A stretch of 64,000 bases of DNA from Rhizobacter sp. (GTDB taxonomy: Bacteria; Pseudomonadota; Gammaproteobacteria; Burkholderiales; Burkholderiaceae_C), in assembly GCA_039931515.1 (NCBI GenBank), contig JBDTRU010000016.1; one strand, written 5' to 3'. Below are positions 18,605-29,182 of this stretch, piece after piece (within the stretch, counting starts at the first letter, position 1; each line of letters opens with the position of its first letter). The translations under genes were made by a program, and so were the position numbers. The notes below the pieces were generated by a model, which worked only from the letters and a program-made list of their open reading frames with translations, searched no databases and was not told where the DNA came from.

Positions 18605-19561
18605 TCAACGGCCGGGGGTGAACTCTCGGCCGGGCTGCATGGGCTTGCCCTGCAAAAACTGCCTTGTCGGCAAGCGCTTGCCTCCGGGGCGCTGCAACTC
18701 AGTGAGCTGCAAGGCGGCGGTACCGCAGGCGACGGTGATGCTGTCGTCGGCGACTGCCAATACGGTGCCGGGTGCGCCCGTGCCGCCGACCACCTGGGCA
18801 CACCAGAGTTTGATGGCCTCGCCGTCGAGCTGGGCGGTGGCGCCGGGGAAGGGATTGAAAGCACGGATGCGGCGCTCGATGACCGCTGCCGGAAGCGCCC
18901 AATCGACCGCCGCCTCGGCCTTGTCGATCTTGTGCGCGTAGCTCACGCCTTCGGCAGATTGCGGCGTTGGCTTCAGGCCACCGCAGGCCGAGAGCTCCAG
19001 CGCCTCGACGATCAAACGACCGCCCAGCGCTGCCAGGCGGTCGTGAAGCTTCGCGGTGGTGTCATCGGGCGCGATGTCTGTGGCTTCGACCAGCAGCATG
19101 TCGCCGGTGTCCAGGCCAGCGTCCATCTGCATGATGGTGATGCCCGTGCGCGCATCGCCAGCCTCGATGGCGCGATGAATCGGCGCCGCACCGCGCCAGC
19201 GCGGCAACAGTGAGGCATGGATGTTCAGGCAGCCACGCGACGGCAAGTCCAACACCCATTGCGGCAGGATCAGACCGTAAGCAGCCACCACCATCGTGTC
19301 GACGCGCGCCGCCCGCAGTGCCTCGCGTGCCTGCGCGGCATCTTCTGGGTACTTGCCATCCAGGCGCAGGCTGCGCGGCTGGGCGACGCCGATGCCATGG
19401 GCCAGGGCGAAAGCCTTGACCGGCGACGGGCTCAGTTTCAAGCCGCGGCCGGCGGGCCGGTCGGGCTGGGTCAACACCAGTGCGATATCGAAGCCGGCTG
19501 CACGCAGCCGGGCCAGCGCGACCTCGGCAAACTCGGGCGTGCCGGCAAAGGCCAGCCTCAT
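18605..19561 (-). CDS. fmt: Methionyl-tRNA formyltransferase
   Basis: 'FAGTPEFA', '[20 protein letters not shown]'. Confidence 0.97.
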   Translation of the reverse strand: MRLAFAGTPEFAEVALARLRAAGFDIALVLTQPDRPAGRGLKLSPSPVKAFALAHGIGVAQPRSLRLDGKYPEDAAQAREALRAARVDTMVVAAYGLILPQWVLDLPSRGCLNIHASLLPRWRGAAPIHRAIEAGDARTGITIMQMDAGLDTGDMLLVEATDIAPDDTTAKLHDRLAALGGRLIVEALELSACGGLKPTPQSAEGVSYAHKIDKAEAAVDWALPAAVIERRIRAFNPFPGATAQLDGEAIKLWCAQVVGGTGAPGTVLAVADDSITVACGTAALQLTELQRPGGKRLPTRQFLQGKPMQPGREFTPGR

Positions 19562-20070
19562 GGGCGTTGCTCGTCGCGGGTCTTCTTCAGCATCTTGTTT
19601 TTGATGCGGTCTCGCTTCAGGGCGCTCAGGTATTCGACGAACACCTTGCCCATCAAATGATCCATCTCGTGTTGAACACAGACCGACAGCAAGCCCTCGG
19701 CTTCGAACTCATGGCTCTCGCCAGCCCGGTTGAGCGCGCGCACGGTCACGCGGGCGTGCCGCGTCACTTTGTCGTAAATGGCGGGGACTGACAGACAGCC
19801 CTCGTCGCTCAAGTTCATCTCTTCGCTCTTGGCGATCAATTCGGGGTTGATCAGCACGTACGGGTCGTTGCGGGCGTCAGAGGTGTCGATCACGATCACA
19901 CGCTCGTGCACATCGACCTGGGTCGCGGCAAGGCCCACGCCATCGGCGACGTACATCGTTTCCAGCATGTCATCGACCAGCTGTTTGATGCGGTCGTCGA
20001 CCTGGGCTACCGGCTTGGCGACGGTGTGAAGGCGGGGGTCGGGGTAGCGAAGAATGGCGAGCTTGGACAT
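19558..20070 (-). CDS. def: Peptide deformylase
   Basis: 'GVGLAATQV', 'EGCLSVP', 'QHEMDHL'; 4-bp overlap with fmt. Confidence 0.97.
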   Translation of the reverse strand: MSKLAILRYPDPRLHTVAKPVAQVDDRIKQLVDDMLETMYVADGVGLAATQVDVHERVIVIDTSDARNDPYVLINPELIAKSEEMNLSDEGCLSVPAIYDKVTRHARVTVRALNRAGESHEFEAEGLLSVCVQHEMDHLMGKVFVEYLSALKRDRIKNKMLKKTRDEQRP

Positions 20071-20330
20071 GGGGATCAAGAATGGGAGGTCAACGTTAGG
20101 CAGCAGGGCTGCCGCTCAGTGCTGTGGACAGCGCGCAACGCCGGCCGGTGTGACAGGCCACACAACAAAGGTATCGGCGGGTGACTTTCGTTGCGATATC
20201 AAGGGTTTAGAGGCAGAATCTGCGAAACTGAATGAAGATTTTCGCCGAACTGCGGGCACCTTGCCGTACTCGGCTCAGTAAACCGCACAGCCCAGCATTG
20301 TGCTGTCTGCGCGCCCGGAGACTTACGTTC

Positions 20331-21482
20331 ATGACCCGAAGCACCCGTCCTGCCCTGTCTTTCTTGCGGGCCTCTGCGATCACCGTGGCGCTCGGCGTTT
20401 GCCTCGGCACTGCCGCAGCGGAACCGAACTTCCCCATCACCCAGAAGCAGCGCAGCACGGCCAATCAGGTCGCTGAAACAGGCGTGCCGCTGTCAGAGCT
20501 GGCAGAAAGCGCACCCGACAGCTACACCGTCAAATCCGGCGACACGCTGTGGGGCATCTCCGGCATGTACCTGAAGAGCCCGTGGCGCTGGCCCGAGCTG
20601 TGGGGCATGAACCTGCAGCAAATCCGCAATCCCCACCTGATCTTCCCGGGTCAGACCCTCTACCTCGTCAAAACCAATGGCCGCGCGACACTGCGTGTCG
20701 GCGAGGGCGACCCGGGCGCTTCGGGCCGTTTGTCGCCCCGTGTTCGCAGCAGCGACCTCGACCGAAATGGCATTCCCGCCATTTCCCTGCACCTTATCGA
20801 ACCCTTCTTGAATGAGGCGGTGATCTTCGACAACGCCAACCAACTGGCTTCTGCTCCCCGCATCGTCGGCGCACAAGAGGGTCGAGTGCTGTTGTCTCGC
20901 GGCGACTTGGCCTATGTGCGGGGCGATTTGGGTGGCAACCGCAACTTCCGCGTCTTCCGCGAGCCCCGTGAACTGAAAGATCCGTCGACTGGCGAAGTGC
21001 TGGGTTACGAGGCGGTCTACCTCGGTGCCGCCGAGTACACCCGCAAGGGCGGCACCAGCAGCAAGGGGGAGATCGTCCCTGACACCTTCACGCTGACCAG
21101 CATTCGCCAAGAAATTCGCGTGGCCGACAAGCTCTCGCCCGTGCCCCCGCGCGAATTCACCACTTATGTGCCGCGCGCCCCCGACAAAGACATTGCGGGC
21201 CAGATCGTGTCGATTTACGGTGACAGCATGACAGCCGGCCAGAACCAGATCGTGGCTCTCAATCGTGGTAGTCGAGATGGCCTCGAAAGTGGGCACGTGC
21301 TCGCCTTGTGGCGCGACGGTGAACACATCACCGACAAGACTGATGGCAACACCAAGATCAAATTGCCCGATGAGCGCCACGGCAATCTGTTCGTCTTCCG
21401 CGTGTTCAACCGCATGTCGTATGCCTTGATCCTCTCGGTCAAGGAACCGGTCAGCCCGGGCGACCGATTCAGCCAACCCTGA
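20331..21482 (+). CDS. LysM peptidoglycan-binding domain protein
   Basis: Signal peptide; LysM 'YTVKSGDTLWGISGMYLKSPWRWPELW...PHLIFPGQ'; usual position between def and dprA. Confidence 0.88.
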   Translation: MTRSTRPALSFLRASAITVALGVCLGTAAAEPNFPITQKQRSTANQVAETGVPLSELAESAPDSYTVKSGDTLWGISGMYLKSPWRWPELWGMNLQQIRNPHLIFPGQTLYLVKTNGRATLRVGEGDPGASGRLSPRVRSSDLDRNGIPAISLHLIEPFLNEAVIFDNANQLASAPRIVGAQEGRVLLSRGDLAYVRGDLGGNRNFRVFREPRELKDPSTGEVLGYEAVYLGAAEYTRKGGTSSKGEIVPDTFTLTSIRQEIRVADKLSPVPPREFTTYVPRAPDKDIAGQIVSIYGDSMTAGQNQIVALNRGSRDGLESGHVLALWRDGEHITDKTDGNTKIKLPDERHGNLFVFRVFNRMSYALILSVKEPVSPGDRFSQP

Positions 21483-21519
21483 CATCGGATGCGAGCGCCC
21501 GAGAGGGTGCTCGCCTCGC

Positions 21520-22629
21520 GTGATGGATCGCGACGAACTTGCCGCCTGGTTGCGGCTCATCGAAACGCCACAGGTCGGGCACGACTCGGTCCGCAAGCTG
21601 CTCGCTGCATTCGGGTCGCCCGAAGCTGTGTTGTCAGCGCCGGCTGCTGCCCGTCGAGAGGTCGTAACGGCCCCCGTGGCGGCGGCTCTCGACAAGCTCC
21701 CCGATACCCTGACCGCACTCATCGAGACCACAGCTCAATGGCTGGCTGCAGGCAACGACGAATCGCCTCGCCAGGTTCTCACACTTGGGGATGCCCGCTA
21801 TCCAGCCGCGCTGCTTGAAACAGCCGACCCCCCGCTGTTGCTGTACCTGCAAGGTGATGTCGCATTGCTCGCAAGGCCGTGCCTCGCCGTGGTTGGTAGC
21901 CGCAACCCAACGCCTCAGGGCAAAGAGAACGCCCGCTCGTTTTCAGCGCACCTGAGCCAGGCGGGCTGGACCATCGTTTCAGGCCTGGCGCTCGGCGTCG
22001 ACGGCGCAGCGCACGAAGGCGGCCTCTCTGGCCCAGGGAGCACCATCGCCGTGGTCGGCACTGGCCTCGACCGGGTCTATCCGCGCAGCCACCTGGATCT
22101 GGCACGCCGCATTGGCAACCAGGGCGTCCTCATCAGCGAATACTCGCTGGGCATGCCCCCGCTACCGGCCAACTTCCCGATGCGCAATCGAATCATCGCT
22201 GGTTTGACGCGAGGCACGCTGGTGGTCGAGGCCGCATTGCAATCGGGCTCGTTGATCACGGCGCGACTGGCCAGCGAGGCAGGTCGCGATGTCTTCGCCA
22301 TCCCTGGCTCGATCCACTCGCCGCAATCTCGTGGTTGCCACGCGCTGATCAAGCAAGGAGCCAAACTGGTGGAGACCGCGCAGGACATTCTGGAAGAGCT
22401 GCCGCAGAGTGCCCTTGCCAATACCTCCTCGACAGATCCTATCTCCACAACCGAAAACCTTGATCCGCTGCTTCAGGCCCTGGGCTTCGACCCCGTCAAT
22501 CTGGACGCGCTGATCGCTCGCACCGGCTTACCTGCAGCGCTGCTCAGCACGCGCTTGTTGGAGTTTGAATTGGCCGGCGAAGTAGCACGTCTGCCCGGTC
22601 AGCTTTTCCAGCGTGTAAGCACCGGCTAA
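21520..22629 (+). CDS. dprA: DNA-processing protein DprA
   Basis: 'AVVGSR', 'IVSGLALGVDGAAH', 'FPMRNRIIAGL', 'SGSLITA'. Confidence 0.95.
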   Translation: MMDRDELAAWLRLIETPQVGHDSVRKLLAAFGSPEAVLSAPAAARREVVTAPVAAALDKLPDTLTALIETTAQWLAAGNDESPRQVLTLGDARYPAALLETADPPLLLYLQGDVALLARPCLAVVGSRNPTPQGKENARSFSAHLSQAGWTIVSGLALGVDGAAHEGGLSGPGSTIAVVGTGLDRVYPRSHLDLARRIGNQGVLISEYSLGMPPLPANFPMRNRIIAGLTRGTLVVEAALQSGSLITARLASEAGRDVFAIPGSIHSPQSRGCHALIKQGAKLVETAQDILEELPQSALANTSSTDPISTTENLDPLLQALGFDPVNLDALIARTGLPAALLSTRLLEFELAGEVARLPGQLFQRVSTG

Positions 22630-22713
22630 CTCACAGTTCACTGCTCAACTGGGTGATGCGTCGAGCGCATTTATTCAAGGCGTTTTTCAGCAGCCCTGGG
22701 GTATAGTGAATCC

Positions 22714-23166
22714 ATGTTTGACGTGCTCGTTTACCTGTACGAAAACTACTGGCGGCCCGATGCCTGCCCCGACCACGCCCAGCTCACGCGCAAGCTGTCA
22801 GCGATGGGGTTCGAGTCAGACGAAATCGAAGAGGCCCTGTCATGGCTTGACGGCCTGGCAACAGCTGCCCAGTCCTACTCTGGTGAGCAGAGCCCCGACA
22901 GCCTTCGCGTGTACTCCCCTGCCGAACAAGAGCACCTGGGCGAGCATTCCATTGGCTTCGTGAGTTTTCTTGAATCTGCCGGCGTGCTGCCTCCACCCAT
23001 GCGCGAGATGGTCATCGACCGCGCCACCGCCATCCCGGGTGGCCCGGTTGATCTCGAAGACCTGAAGATCATCGTGCTGATGGTTTTTTGGAGCCTGGGG
23101 GAAGAGCCCGATGCGCTGATCCTCGACGAGTTGTTTGTCGATGAAGAAGATCGCTTGATTCACTGA
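22714..23166 (+). CDS. smg: Smg / DUF494 family protein
   Basis: 'MFDVLVYLYENY...GF...EIEEALSWL'; follows dprA. Confidence 0.9.
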   Translation: MFDVLVYLYENYWRPDACPDHAQLTRKLSAMGFESDEIEEALSWLDGLATAAQSYSGEQSPDSLRVYSPAEQEHLGEHSIGFVSFLESAGVLPPPMREMVIDRATAIPGGPVDLEDLKIIVLMVFWSLGEEPDALILDELFVDEEDRLIH

Positions 23167-23184
23167 CGCCGCTCAGCTCAAATC

Positions 23185-23211
23185 AAAAGCCGCCTCGAGG
23201 GCGGCTTTTTT
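23185..23211. terminator. Bidirectional intrinsic terminator
   Basis: AAAAGCCGCC-tcgag-GGCGGCTTTTTT between convergent smg and DUF1631. Confidence 0.85.
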
Positions 23212-23231
23212 GTTGGTTCGTGTGAAAGACC

Positions 23232-25523
23232 TCAGTTGAGCAAACGAGTTGGGTCCACATCGAGCTTGGCCAGGGCGCTGCGTGTGGCACGCACCGTCAA
23301 TGATTCATCCTGTGCGGGCACCAACAGGCCAGCCTGAAGAAAAGCGGCCAAGCGATTTTGCTGAAACAAGATGCCCCGCCCATGCGGCGAGACGAACAAG
23401 GTCAGCTGGCGCTTCATGCCTTGCCAGACCAGCTGCACCGCTTCATTGCGGTTGCGGTAATCCAGCATGTACCAACCACCCACCTGAAGCTCACGAGCCC
23501 AGGCCAACATAGCCGGCGTGGGCATGGAGCCACCCTCGCCCACCACTTCAAGCTCCGAGCTTTCGTGACCCGACAGATCGAGCACCAGCGACTCGTCGAT
23601 CTCCATGTCTTCGGTGTCGGGCAGCAACTCTTCCAGCGTTTCGAGGCGGCCCATCAGCTCTTCAAGCCGTTCAGGTGCAATCGCAGCCGTCTTGGCCGTG
23701 AAAGCGGCCGCCAGAGAGTTGTTGAGCTTTTGGATGTGCTCGTCCTGCTTGTCGTTTGCAATGCCAGCGTGGTCCATGCCTTCACGCAAGGTCTTCAGCA
23801 ACGGTGGCAGACGGCGAATCACATCGGCACGCTCTTCACGAGAAACCTTGGCGCTTGCCGACCAGATCAGATCGGCCGCCACACGCTTCATCGCCTTGGT
23901 TTCGATGCCTTGTGCACCATGTTTCACAGCCGTCATGGCCATCACATCGGCCCACACATGGAACAAGAACTCGCGCACGCCCTCTTGCACTGGCACTTCA
24001 TTGAGCATCTTGCGCAATTCGATGGTGTATTGGATGGCCAACGTCTCGCGCTGCTCAACCTGCTGCGCCAGCGACACGCCTTTGCGCGTCATTTCGTTTT
24101 CGTTCTTGAAGTAGTGCTCCAGAAACTTCTCGAACTCGGTGAGCACGGTCTGGAAGACGCGACGACCAGTGTCGGGGTAAGCCTCGACAACCTGCACGAC
24201 GCGCTTGATTTCCTTTTCGAGCGTGTCGGCGACGGCGCGGCTGGTGGCATCGAAGCCCATCACACAAGCGCCCATTCGATCGATCAATCGGCGCGCCGGG
24301 TGGTCGACCGTGGCAAAGAAATCAGGCTCGCTAACGGCCACGCGCAACACCGGCATCTGGAGTCGCGCGAACCAGACTCGCACCACCGCCGGGATGCGCT
24401 CCTCCATCAGGATGCTTTGAAACAGCAGCGCGACGATCTCGATCGTCGCGCGCTCCACCGGCGTGCTCGCTGCCTTCTTCAGTGCCTGCTTGCGCTGGTG
24501 CAGTTCTTCGAGCAGCGCCGGTGTGCTCACCGGTTCATCTCCAACACGGGCACCGCCGGTGGTGGTCAGGCGTCGCTGAATACCTTGTTGAGCCTCGTTG
24601 ATTGCGGCCTTCAATCCGGCTGAAGCGGCAGGCATCGGCGCTGTGCCAGCGAACTCAGGTAACTGCCGCCCGATCAGCCGGTTGAGACGGCCCAACACGG
24701 CCTCGGCGTGGTCGGAGCCGCGGGCGAACCCACCGGCGCGCGTCATCATGCGGGTCTCTTCACCCACCGTGCCCATGCGCCCGAAGCCACTGTTGCTCGC
24801 CGCTGCAGCCTGGGCTGGCGCCGCGGGTGGCGCGCTCGTGGCCGCAAGCACGTACGAATTGCGCGTTCGCCGGATGAACGGACGCAAATCAATATCGGGC
24901 AACACGCGCTGCTGTATGAGCCAACGGTTGGTTTCGTGATAAGCCTCTTCGGCGAAATGCGCGAACTCTTCGTGCAGCACTGCTTGCAGCGTGCGCCATG
25001 CATCTTGCGTCAATGACGACACGCGCCAAGTGCTGGTGAGGATGCGCGCCAGCACATGAGGGCGCAACACATCGTTGGTATCGAGCTCATCGCGCTTTTC
25101 GAGCACTGACATGCGCGAGCGCAAGTCGGTGAACTCCCACGAGGCGCGGTCCATCATGGCCAGCGCCAAACGAGAACTCAGGATTTCTGTTTCGATGGTG
25201 TCGTCATCCACCAACGACATACCCGGGGCATTGCGCCCAGGAGCCGGTAAGTCACCTGGCCGAGAGGCCGACACCATGCCGCTGAGGAGAGCACCGCGCA
25301 ACGCGGAGATGATGCCGTTGATCCAGGTCGGCGCGGCCTTGCGCAGATCGCTGGCGACATCGCGTCGCTTGTATTGCAGGTTGTGTTCGGCGGATTGCGT
25401 GGCCAGCAACCTCGCCCCCTCTTCCACCGCATGAACCACGCTTGGCACGCCACTCAACAAACGCTCTACGTAAGAGCGGCGAGCCTGGGCGGCCAGGGCC
25501 AACGAATCGGCGGCGGTCGCCAT
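23232..25523 (-). CDS. DUF1631 family protein
   Basis: 'SLVDDDTIETEILSSRLA', 'IEIVALLFQSIL...RLQMPVLRVA...FF...HPARRLIDR'. Confidence 0.8.
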   Translation of the reverse strand: MATAADSLALAAQARRSYVERLLSGVPSVVHAVEEGARLLATQSAEHNLQYKRRDVASDLRKAAPTWINGIISALRGALLSGMVSASRPGDLPAPGRNAPGMSLVDDDTIETEILSSRLALAMMDRASWEFTDLRSRMSVLEKRDELDTNDVLRPHVLARILTSTWRVSSLTQDAWRTLQAVLHEEFAHFAEEAYHETNRWLIQQRVLPDIDLRPFIRRTRNSYVLAATSAPPAAPAQAAAASNSGFGRMGTVGEETRMMTRAGGFARGSDHAEAVLGRLNRLIGRQLPEFAGTAPMPAASAGLKAAINEAQQGIQRRLTTTGGARVGDEPVSTPALLEELHQRKQALKKAASTPVERATIEIVALLFQSILMEERIPAVVRVWFARLQMPVLRVAVSEPDFFATVDHPARRLIDRMGACVMGFDATSRAVADTLEKEIKRVVQVVEAYPDTGRRVFQTVLTEFEKFLEHYFKNENEMTRKGVSLAQQVEQRETLAIQYTIELRKMLNEVPVQEGVREFLFHVWADVMAMTAVKHGAQGIETKAMKRVAADLIWSASAKVSREERADVIRRLPPLLKTLREGMDHAGIANDKQDEHIQKLNNSLAAAFTAKTAAIAPERLEELMGRLETLEELLPDTEDMEIDESLVLDLSGHESSELEVVGEGGSMPTPAMLAWARELQVGGWYMLDYRNRNEAVQLVWQGMKRQLTLFVSPHGRGILFQQNRLAAFLQAGLLVPAQDESLTVRATRSALAKLDVDPTRLLN

Positions 25524-25565
25524 GGGACGGTTGGTCGATGAATCTCTGGGGATGATGCCCTGACT

Positions 25566-26600
25566 CTACACCACCGCCCCCGCGTTGGGGTCGTTCGGAT
25601 CCACGTCTTTGGCCGGCCCGGACTTCATCAGGTCTTCGCGCTTGACACCGAGCCACATCGCAATGGCTGCAGCGACGAAAACCGACGAATAGATGCCAAA
25701 CAGAATGCCGATCGTCAGCGCGAGCGCGAACTCGTGCAGCGTCGGCCCGCCGAAGAAAAACATCGAGAGCACCATCATCTGCGTGCTGCCGTGCGTGATG
25801 ATGGTGCGGCTCATGGTGCTGGTGATCGCGTGGTCGATCACCTCGTGCGTGTTCATCTTGCGGTACTTGCGGAATGCTTCACGAATCCGATCGAAGATCA
25901 CGACCGACTCGTTCACCGAGTAGCCCAGCACCGCAAGCACCGCCGCCAGCACCGAGAGAGAAAACTCCCATTGGAAGAAAGCGAAGAAGCCCAGGATGAT
26001 GACCACGTCGTGCAGGTTGGCCACGATGGCGGCCACCGAAAATTTCCACTCAAAACGAAACGCCAGGTAAATCATGATGCCGATCACGACGAAGGCCAGC
26101 GCCTTGGCACCGTCTTCGGCCAGCTCCTTGCCGACCTGCGGCCCGACGAACTCGCTGCGCTGCAAAGAGACAGGCTCCGCTGCGTTGGCCTCGCAGACTG
26201 GCTTCTCGACCAATTCGCCTTTGTCGGTCTTGACCGGCTTCTTGCTGACGGCACCCGACTCAGCCTTGCACAACTCGCCGAACACCCGGTCCACCACGTC
26301 GCCGAGCTTGCCGTCACCGCTTACCGGGAGGCGAATCAGCACGTTGTGGGTGTTGCCGAAAGACTGCACCTGCACTTCGCCGACCTTCATGGCCTCGACC
26401 GTGCTGCGTATCTTGCCGATGTCGGCGGCCTGCGCGTAGCTGACCTCGATCAAGGTGCCACCCTTGAATTCGATCGACAGGTGAAGGCCACGCGTCACCA
26501 GAAAAAACACGGCGACGAGAAAGGTCAGCAACGAGATGATGTTGAACACCAGCGCATGCCGCATGAACGGTATGTCGCGTTGAATTCTGAAGAACTCCAT
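25566..26600 (-). CDS. secF: Protein translocase subunit SecF
   Basis: 'MEFFRIQRDIPFM', 'EFKGGT', 'EFVGPQVG', 'GYSVNESVVIFDRIRE'. Confidence 0.97.
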   Translation of the reverse strand: MEFFRIQRDIPFMRHALVFNIISLLTFLVAVFFLVTRGLHLSIEFKGGTLIEVSYAQAADIGKIRSTVEAMKVGEVQVQSFGNTHNVLIRLPVSGDGKLGDVVDRVFGELCKAESGAVSKKPVKTDKGELVEKPVCEANAAEPVSLQRSEFVGPQVGKELAEDGAKALAFVVIGIMIYLAFRFEWKFSVAAIVANLHDVVIILGFFAFFQWEFSLSVLAAVLAVLGYSVNESVVIFDRIREAFRKYRKMNTHEVIDHAITSTMSRTIITHGSTQMMVLSMFFFGGPTLHEFALALTIGILFGIYSSVFVAAAIAMWLGVKREDLMKSGPAKDVDPNDPNAGAVV

Positions 26601-26633
26601 GTGCTTAAGTCCTGGTTGAGTTCTTGAAGGGGA

Positions 26634-28532
26634 TCAGGTATTTGCGGGCAGCTCGACGCTCGGGTCGGCCTTGGGCTTCCAGACCTGGCCGATCGACACG
26701 CTCTTGAGCTTCTTCTGACGGCCGTACCAGAGGTTCACCAAGCCGCGCGAGAACACGACTGACGAGAACATCGAGGTCAGGATGCCCAGGCAGTGCACCA
26801 CCGCGAAGCCCTTGACAGGCCCCGAGCCGAAAGCAAACAAGGCGATGCCGGCAATCAAGGTGGTCACGTTCGAATCGAGAATCGTCGCGAAGGCTCGCTC
26901 ATAGCCGCTGTTGATCGCCGCTTGGGGCGAGGCCCCGCCACGCAACTCTTCTCGAACTCGCTCGTTGATCAGCACGTTGGAGTCGATGGCCATGCCCAGC
27001 GTCAACGCAATCGCCGCAATGCCTGGCAACGACAGCGTGGCCTGCAGCATCGACAGCATCGCCACCAGCAGCAGCAGATTGAAGGCCAGGGCCGTGGTCG
27101 AGAACACACCGAACAGCAGGTAATAGGTGCACATGAAAACCGTGATGGCAATGAAGCCGTAGATCACGCTGTGGAAGCCCTTGGTGATGTTGTCAGCGCC
27201 TAGCGTCGGGCCAACGGTGCTTTCCTGGATGAACTCCATCGGTGCCGCCAGCGCGCCGGAACGCAGCAAGAGACTCAGGTCATTCGCGGCTTCGGTCGTG
27301 CCCATGCCGGTGATCTGGAAGTCGTTGCCGAACTCGCCCTGGATGGTCGCCACGGTCAACACTTCGCCCTTGCCTTTTTCGAACAAGATCGCGGCCATGC
27401 GGTTGCCAATGTTGACGCGCGTCATGTCACGCATCAGTCGCCCGCCTTTGGCATCCAGACTGACCGAGACCGCCGGTTGGCCGTTCTGATCGGGGCGCGG
27501 CTGGGCATTGGTCAGCATCTCGCCGGTTGCGATCGCCTCTTTGTAGGTGACGACCGGCACACCTCGACCGACCGTGAAGCGCTCGCGCCCGAAAGGCACG
27601 GGGCCTGTGCCTTCGTTGGCAGCACGCGCTTCGGCCGACATGTCCGCCAGCCTGAATTCGAGGTTGGCCGTGCGGCCGATGATGCTCTTGGCCTTGGCGG
27701 TGTCTTGCACACCAGGCAACTCGATGACGATCCGGTCGGCACCTTGCTGCTGGATCACCGGTTCGGCCACGCCGAGCTCATTGACGCGGTTGTGCAAGGT
27801 GGTGATGTTCTGCTTCAGTGCCGCGTCTTGGACCTTGCGCGCGACCTCGGGCTTGAGCGTGCCGCTGAGCTTGAAGTCGGTGCCATCGGGTGCCTGTACC
27901 CACTGCAGATCGGTCATCTGGTCAGCAAGCATGGTGGCAGCGGCATTCAGCGTTTCCTTGTCGCGAAACCGCACGTCGATGTTGTTGCCGTCGCGTGTGA
28001 TGCCGGCATAGCGCAGGTTCTTGTCACGCAACATGGTGCGGATGTCGCCGGCCAAGGCCTCGGCCCTTTTGGTCAGCGCGGTCTTCATGTCGACCTGCAT
28101 CAAGAAGTGCACGCCACCGCGCAAGTCAAGCCCGAGGTACATGGGCTTGGGCTCGGCGATCAGCACGCGCATGTGCGTCAACCAGACAGGCGTGCGCGAC
28201 AGCAGGTTGAGCGCGACGATGTAGCTCGGGTCGTTCGGGTCCGGGTTGAGCACCTGGGTCAACGCATCCTTGGCCTTCAGCTGAGAGTCGCCGTCGGCAA
28301 ATCGCGCCTTCACCGAGTTGCCTTCGAATTGCACGAAATCCGGCTTGAGACCAGCGTCCTTGAGAATTTGTTCGACGCGTGCGGTGATCGTGCTGTCGAG
28401 CTTCAAGGTCGTCTTGCCGCTGCTGATCTGCACAGCCGGCGCTTCGCCGAAGAAATTGGGAAGGGTGTAGACCAGGCCCGCCAACAAGGCAATGCCGAGG
28501 AGCGTGTACGTCCACCAACGATAGCGATTCAT
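26634..28532 (-). CDS. secD: Protein translocase subunit SecD
   Basis: 'LGLDLRGG', 'NRVNELGVAEP', 'GMAIDSNVLINERVREE'. Confidence 0.97.
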   Translation of the reverse strand: MNRYRWWTYTLLGIALLAGLVYTLPNFFGEAPAVQISSGKTTLKLDSTITARVEQILKDAGLKPDFVQFEGNSVKARFADGDSQLKAKDALTQVLNPDPNDPSYIVALNLLSRTPVWLTHMRVLIAEPKPMYLGLDLRGGVHFLMQVDMKTALTKRAEALAGDIRTMLRDKNLRYAGITRDGNNIDVRFRDKETLNAAATMLADQMTDLQWVQAPDGTDFKLSGTLKPEVARKVQDAALKQNITTLHNRVNELGVAEPVIQQQGADRIVIELPGVQDTAKAKSIIGRTANLEFRLADMSAEARAANEGTGPVPFGRERFTVGRGVPVVTYKEAIATGEMLTNAQPRPDQNGQPAVSVSLDAKGGRLMRDMTRVNIGNRMAAILFEKGKGEVLTVATIQGEFGNDFQITGMGTTEAANDLSLLLRSGALAAPMEFIQESTVGPTLGADNITKGFHSVIYGFIAITVFMCTYYLLFGVFSTTALAFNLLLLVAMLSMLQATLSLPGIAAIALTLGMAIDSNVLINERVREELRGGASPQAAINSGYERAFATILDSNVTTLIAGIALFAFGSGPVKGFAVVHCLGILTSMFSSVVFSRGLVNLWYGRQKKLKSVSIGQVWKPKADPSVELPANT

Positions 28533-28610
28533 GAAGCCTCTTTCGCGGGGCTATGCCCACTGCTCATCGCCGATCGCGGCCCAGCGAGGGCCACGCCAGC
28601 TGGTCTGGGT

Positions 28611-28946
28611 TTATTTGAAGGTGCCCTTGGGCAGAACTTGAACCACGGCGCTGCGCTGGACCTGAACTTCCACGCCGTTGGCAATCTCGACGTGCAAGAA
28701 GGTGTCACCCAGCTTGGCGACCTTGCCGATCAGGCCACCGGCCACCACGACTTCATCGCCCTTGGCCAGGGCTTCGATCATGGCCTTCTGTTCTTTTTGC
28801 CGCTTCATCTGCGGGCGGATCATCACGAAGTACAGCACCACGAACATCAGAACGATAGGCAGCATGCCGGCGATGTTGCCAAACGGCGAGTCGGAGGCAG
28901 CCGCGGCCGCAGGGGCGGCTTGCGCAAAAGCTTCGGAGATGAACAC
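28611..28946 (-). CDS. yajC: Preprotein translocase subunit YajC
   Basis: GTG start 'MFISEAFAQ', 'YFVMIRPQMKRQKE', 'LAKGDEV'. Confidence 0.95.
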   Translation of the reverse strand: MFISEAFAQAAPAAAAASDSPFGNIAGMLPIVLMFVVLYFVMIRPQMKRQKEQKAMIEALAKGDEVVVAGGLIGKVAKLGDTFLHVEIANGVEVQVQRSAVVQVLPKGTFK

Positions 28947-29182
28947 GTGAAAGTCCTCGTTAGGGTCCGGCGAGCCGGGGTGGCCCCATGCCGGAGTGAA
29001 AGCGTGGAATTGTAAGCCGCCGCCTCTGCAGCAAGTCATGGGCGCCCGGCACAGACCCGGGCTCTCCTTGGCAGGCTCCGCTTAGTCGGTTTTCGGATAA
29101 GAAAAGCAGCTTTAAGTCTTTCCTCAACTCACGATCGCTCGGGATACTGCCGGGTGTACTTTTTTGCGCAGAGCCCTCGTTC

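Noticed and set aside
29100-29155. Sulfur promoter motif upstream of cysB
   Set aside because: AAGCA is present, but TCGTTY and the -10 do not occur at the required spacing.
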